Assembly: GCF_016433145.1 (NCBI RefSeq)
Contig: NC_058130.1
Location: 726,185,885-726,249,884 of the forward strand
Direction: 5' to 3'
DNA from: Gracilinanus agilis
Taxonomy: Eukaryota
Length of the DNA: 64,000 nucleotides
Below are positions 59,681 to 64,000 of this stretch, piece by piece. Under the pieces are notes generated by a model. It made no database searches, was not told the origin of the DNA, and worked only from the letters and a program-made list of their open reading frames with translations. The translations under genes and the position numbers were made by a program. Position 1 is the first letter of the stretch, and every line of letters starts with the position of its first letter.

Positions 59681-62264
59681 AGAGATAGAGCTATAAATAT
59701 ATAGTTTGCTATATGAGATGACTCTCCAGAAGGAGAGCTGAGAAGGTCTACTGAGGGTAACTTTGATAAAGTAAAAAAAACAAAAGAACAATAAAAATTT
59801 ATATTTTTAAAAAGCACTATGGGAAAATCAGAGAAGGAAGATATTGCTTGGCTTTGAGTAAAGGAATGAAAAAACCTTGACATTGGTTTTCATCCCAGAT
59901 CTCCTCCTTTAAGGGACCTGCTATAGATTACTAGCCCTCTGCCCACTGGTTTCATTTGTAAAACAAGGGGGTTATCTCTCCATGGGGCTAGTTCCATCTC
60001 CAAATCCCATGGGGAGATTAGGAATAATTTTCTGAAGGATTTGCACCTAACCTGGATCCTTGAAGAAAGAATGTTGCTCATGGAAGATGGGCTAAGCTCT
60101 AAACTGGCACATAATGAGTACTTAAATACTTGCAGACTGGCTGAGAACTTCAATAGGGGAGATAAGGAGGAAGAACAGTAGAGCTTTAATTGAATTAATT
60201 AAGTAATTAATGAAGCAATTAATTTGGATTGCATTAATTACCTCTCTAAATCCTACCAATTTATGATTCCATAAATGCTTAATGAATTAAATTACATGAT
60301 CCTGGGCATAACTTCATTATTAGAAAAGTGGGGAGCAAGTCTAGGATCTGTCTCAGGGAACACAGCTAAGAGAGGCGGTCACATAGAACAAGACTCAGAG
60401 GCCCGGGGAGACAGGAATTCTAAAGGCCCAGATCTGGTACTGTCAGAGAGCTCTTTCACTTTATTCCCGCCTGCTAAGTCTCATTTTCTGCAACTGTAAA
60501 ATGACCAAATAGGCACTTCCAGCTCTCTGTTTTATGAGAAGTAGTCTGGTGTAATAGTTGGTGCTGGACCTTTAGGTAGGGAAACCCAAGTTTGAATCCA
60601 GCCTTAATACCTTCTAGTTGTGTCACCCTGGGCAAATCTCTTCACCTCTCTCCGCTTCAGTTTCCCCATCTGTAACATAGGGATAATAATAGCCCTTACC
60701 TCTCACATTCTCCAACAAATCTTCCAAGAAGGACCCCAACCCTACTCATGCCCTCTAATGAAGACCCTCCTCTTATTCACTTGCAACTGCATGGACACCT
60801 TTAGGAGAGCAGGGAAGCTGGCCATGGCATAGCTTCTTGATAGTACAAAAAATGACCACAGAAGCATTATCTATCAGACTGGAAGAGGATATGACAGCTA
60901 CAACTAACATTTCTAATGTACTTGAAGATTTTCCATATGTAATCTCATTTCATGTTTAGAAAAACCATTGGGAGTGGAGGAGGGAGAAACAGAGACAGAG
61001 AGAGAAAGAGATTGATTGATTGCTAGATATCCCTAAGTGTTGGAAAGTTCTTGCCCATTCTGAAATGAAACCCACTTGCCCCTAACTTTCCAGTGGTCCA
61101 GGTCCTGACATCAGCAGCTTGACAAAACAAGTCTACTATGCCAAGGCAGGTAAGCCCTGTGAATCAGGGAATATCACAACCATGGAAATTTCACCTCCTT
61201 CACCTGACTCTTCCATCTTGAAGTTAAATATCCCCAGTATCTCCTATTGGATCACTGTAAGTTTGGTTGTCCTCCTCTTAATATTTTTCTCTAAAATATG
61301 CTCTGCAGGACTTGATTCAATATTGCTAATGCAATCTGATCATGGGCAGCCACCTCTCTTTGAATAAAAAAATACTATGGGAATTTCAAATATCTGAGAA
61401 TACATAGCTCTAGGCTGGCCCTAGAAAACTTGAAGGTTAATTTCTAAATTCTAAAGATAAGAGGATGCTTACATATTCTTATGGGGCAAAGGGTTGATCT
61501 AGTACCCTTCCAGCTCAAAATTTTAGGTCCTCTGAGTAATGAAAAAGATGGGAATTGAACAGAATGCCCTGTGAGGTCCTTTCCTTCTCTGAGACTCTAA
61601 GGTTCTGTCTCCTCTGATCAAACTTTGAGCACCCAAGAATTCAGCTGGTTCCTGGGTGTTTGCTTCCTATGCTCACTCAGTAAGAAGGAAAAATAGAGGT
61701 GCATCCTAGAGATTCTCTCACCCACAAAAAATGATTCCTTAAACTAATCTTGGCCTGAAAAGGAAGGCTTACTGACACTCTGGACTCCAGCCAGCCCCAT
61801 ACCCTTTAACCTCTCTCTTTATTCAATAATGACTTTTGTAACCATCATTCCAAGCTAGAAAACATAAGGGCAAATTGCCCCATCAAGATTCAGTTTTATT
61901 TTAAGTCTTCCTTTATTTCAATTTCCTTCATATTGATCTATAAGTAAATATTACAGTAAGAGAATAATTTTTAAATTAAATTTTATTTTTCAATGATTAA
62001 AAAAAATCAATTTTTTCTTCCTTCCACCAACTAAAAAAGAAAAACTCTAGCAAAATAAAATATACATAAGTGAAGCAAAAACTAAATAAATCTCTTTGAC
62101 TATATCCCAAAACTATATGTCTCAGATTCCTTGAGTCTGTCACCTTTCTATCTGATGTATATAGCATGCTTGATCATAGACAAGCTGGAATCACAGTTGG
62201 TCATTGCATTGATCAGAGTTCTTAAATCTTTCAAAGGAGTTTATCTTTAAAATGTTATTGTAGA

Positions 62265-62455
62265 GGGGGGCAGCTGGGTAGCTCAGTGGATTGATAGTCA
62301 GGCCTAGAGACGGGAGGTCCTAGGTTCAAATCTGGCTTCAGACACTTCCCAGCTGTGTGACCCTGGGCAAGTCAATTGACCCCCATTGCCTACCCTTACC
62401 ACTCTTACACCTATAAGTCAATACACAGAAGTTAAGGGTTTAAAATTTAAAAAAA
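62265..62455 (+). mobile_element. Young SINE1_Mdo-like SINE with 16-bp TSD, inserted in an ancient antisense L1 fragment (~61900-62530)
   Basis: TSD AAAATGTTATTGTAGA at 62249-62264 and 62456-62471. Confidence 0.93.
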
Positions 62456-62844
62456 AAAATGTTATTGTAGAACTTGTATAAAGAGCATGCCACTCTGCAT
62501 AAGTTCATAGATGTCTTCCCAGGTTTAGCTTTCAATATTCAAGTCAAAATGAACAAGAAATATCCCTTCTCTGAGGGATCAATTTCCTTCATTATCAAAT
62601 GGAAGGATTTCAGGCTAACTGATTTCTCTAAGCTATAAAACTCATTGTCCTAATTTTGTTTCTCAGTTATTTAAGTCATGTCCAACTTTTCATAACTTCA
62701 TATGAGATTTTATTGGTAAAGATACTAAAGCGATTTGCCCATGTTCACACAACTAGCAAGTGTTTTAGAGGCCAGATTTGAACTAATATCTTCCTGCTTC
62801 CAGGCCTAGCACTCTATCCACTATGCAACCTAAAATTTCCTCTA

Positions 62845-62990
62845 TATTCTAGAGTCCCTTCTAATTCTGACATTCACTATCCCAAGAATTCTCCCAAGTG
62901 AAAAGTTATGCTCCAAGGTCCCTTCCAGTCTAGCATTTGCTATTCTAGATTCTAAGAACCTTTCGTCTGTGACATTCTGTGAGTCTAGAA
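62845..62990 (+). repeat. Third degenerate ~32-bp tandem array
   Basis: agagtcccttctaattctgacattc..., aaggtcccttccagtctagcatttgc..., aagaacctttcgtctgtgacattctgtg. Confidence 0.6.
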
Positions 62991-63789
62991 ATCAAAATTC
63001 ACTGCCCACCAGGAGGGGGAAAGAACTGAATTGCCTGTGCCCCCCCCCCTCTCTCCCCCACCCCACCTCCCTCCTTGCCATTACCAAGTGTTTGCATTTT
63101 TAAAAGTTTTCCTCTTTTCCTGCGTGCCAGTGCCTAAAAAGGCATGAGTCATCCTGCAAAAATATGCAGACCTCAGAGGCAAGTGGGTCAAGCACTTCCA
63201 TGAAAGAAAGAAGCCTCTGCAGTTCTGTCCCTTGGTAAGTTGCTGTTTTATTTCATTTAAGCAAACGGAACAGAGCAGAGAAGGCTCTAGGGAACCAGAG
63301 GAGTGACAGCAATCCTCTCTTAACTGAGGGAACCTCACAAAAACACTTGTCTTGAGTGCTGTAAAGTCAGGAGACAGAGATTAAATCATTTTCAGCTGAG
63401 GGGTCAGGGAAACTCAGGGAAAACTTTCCAGAAGAGGTCATTTCCTGCCTTGGGGTCTCCCCATCCCCAAAAGGAGCTTAGCCAGTTGGCCTCTAAAGTT
63501 CCTTTGAACTTTAAAATGCTATGCTGAAAGATTCTAAGGGCACAGGGAGAAAAAGGCAAGCCTTTTCAAGATCAAGCTGGCCCCCACACTGAGAAAGCAG
63601 GACAGGATTAAAAAATATGACCAATTTTCCCTGACCCAAAAGAATAAGGATCATAGCCAGATGTGTTGTGGCTCTTCCCTAACCTTCAGACAGTACTATC
63701 ACTCCATCTCTGCTGAGCACATTCCCCCCCCCCCCCCCCCCCCCCCCAGTATTGTTATGTCAACGTCCGTCATATAATGAAATCAAATN

Positions 63790-64000
63790 CTAGGGAACCA
63801 GAGGAGTGACAGCAATCCTCTCTTAACTGAGGGAACCTCACAAAAACACTTGTCTTGAGTGCTGTAAAGTCAGGAGACAGAGATTAAATCATTTTCAGCT
63901 GAGGGGTCAGGGAAACTCAGGGAAAACTTTCCAGAAGAGGTCATTTCCTGCCTTGGGGTCTCCCCATCCCCAAAAGGAGCTTAGCCAGTTGGCCTCTAAA
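63790..64000 (+). repeat. Exact copy of 63287-63497 after a single N; probable assembly false duplication
   Basis: 211/211 identical by eye; preceded by poly-C (~63724-63747), ~40 nt of unrecognised sequence and N at 63789. Confidence 0.85.

Noticed and set aside
1-64000. tRNA genes suggested by box A/B-like motifs (GGTTCAAATC)
   Set aside because: All occur in tRNA-derived SINE heads; no cloverleaf tRNA, rRNA or snRNA was recognised.

Overview
Eukaryotic, repeat-rich, CpG-poor DNA from a marsupial, very probably a didelphid opossum. The evidence is SINE1_Mdo/MAR1-type SINEs, opossum-type L1 3' ends and a Charlie-like hAT MITE. The only host gene I can support is SBNO2 (strawberry notch homolog 2) on the minus strand. 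I spliced seven coding exons by hand. An alternative first exon (34510-34554, MAQMQFWLQFSALNQ) is followed by six exons matching human exons ~5-10 (16555-16701, 6566-6649, 5646-5742, 3993-4153, 3215-3348, 2869-2959). All introns are GT-AG and phase-compatible, giving 759 nt / 253 aa that include the [12 protein letters not shown]-loop. The gene continues off the left edge. I did not find the long-isoform upstream exons, so 35-64 kb is probably intron. The rest is SINE, MIR/Mar1, L1, CR1/L3, RTE, a solo LTR, a MITE, microsatellites and two assembly gaps. Best second-look items: (1) the conserved short-isoform first exon, its uORF stack and promoter motifs; (2) a TSD-bracketed L1 3' transduction; (3) a CpG-retaining CTCF motif next to an exon donor; (4) a candidate frame-shifting cassette exon; (5) ~32-bp tandem arrays flanking one exon; (6) a probable false duplication at the right edge. 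I found no new multi-gene system. All comparisons with human or mouse SBNO2 and all repeat family names are from memory, not database searches. Repeat boundaries are approximate unless a TSD is quoted.
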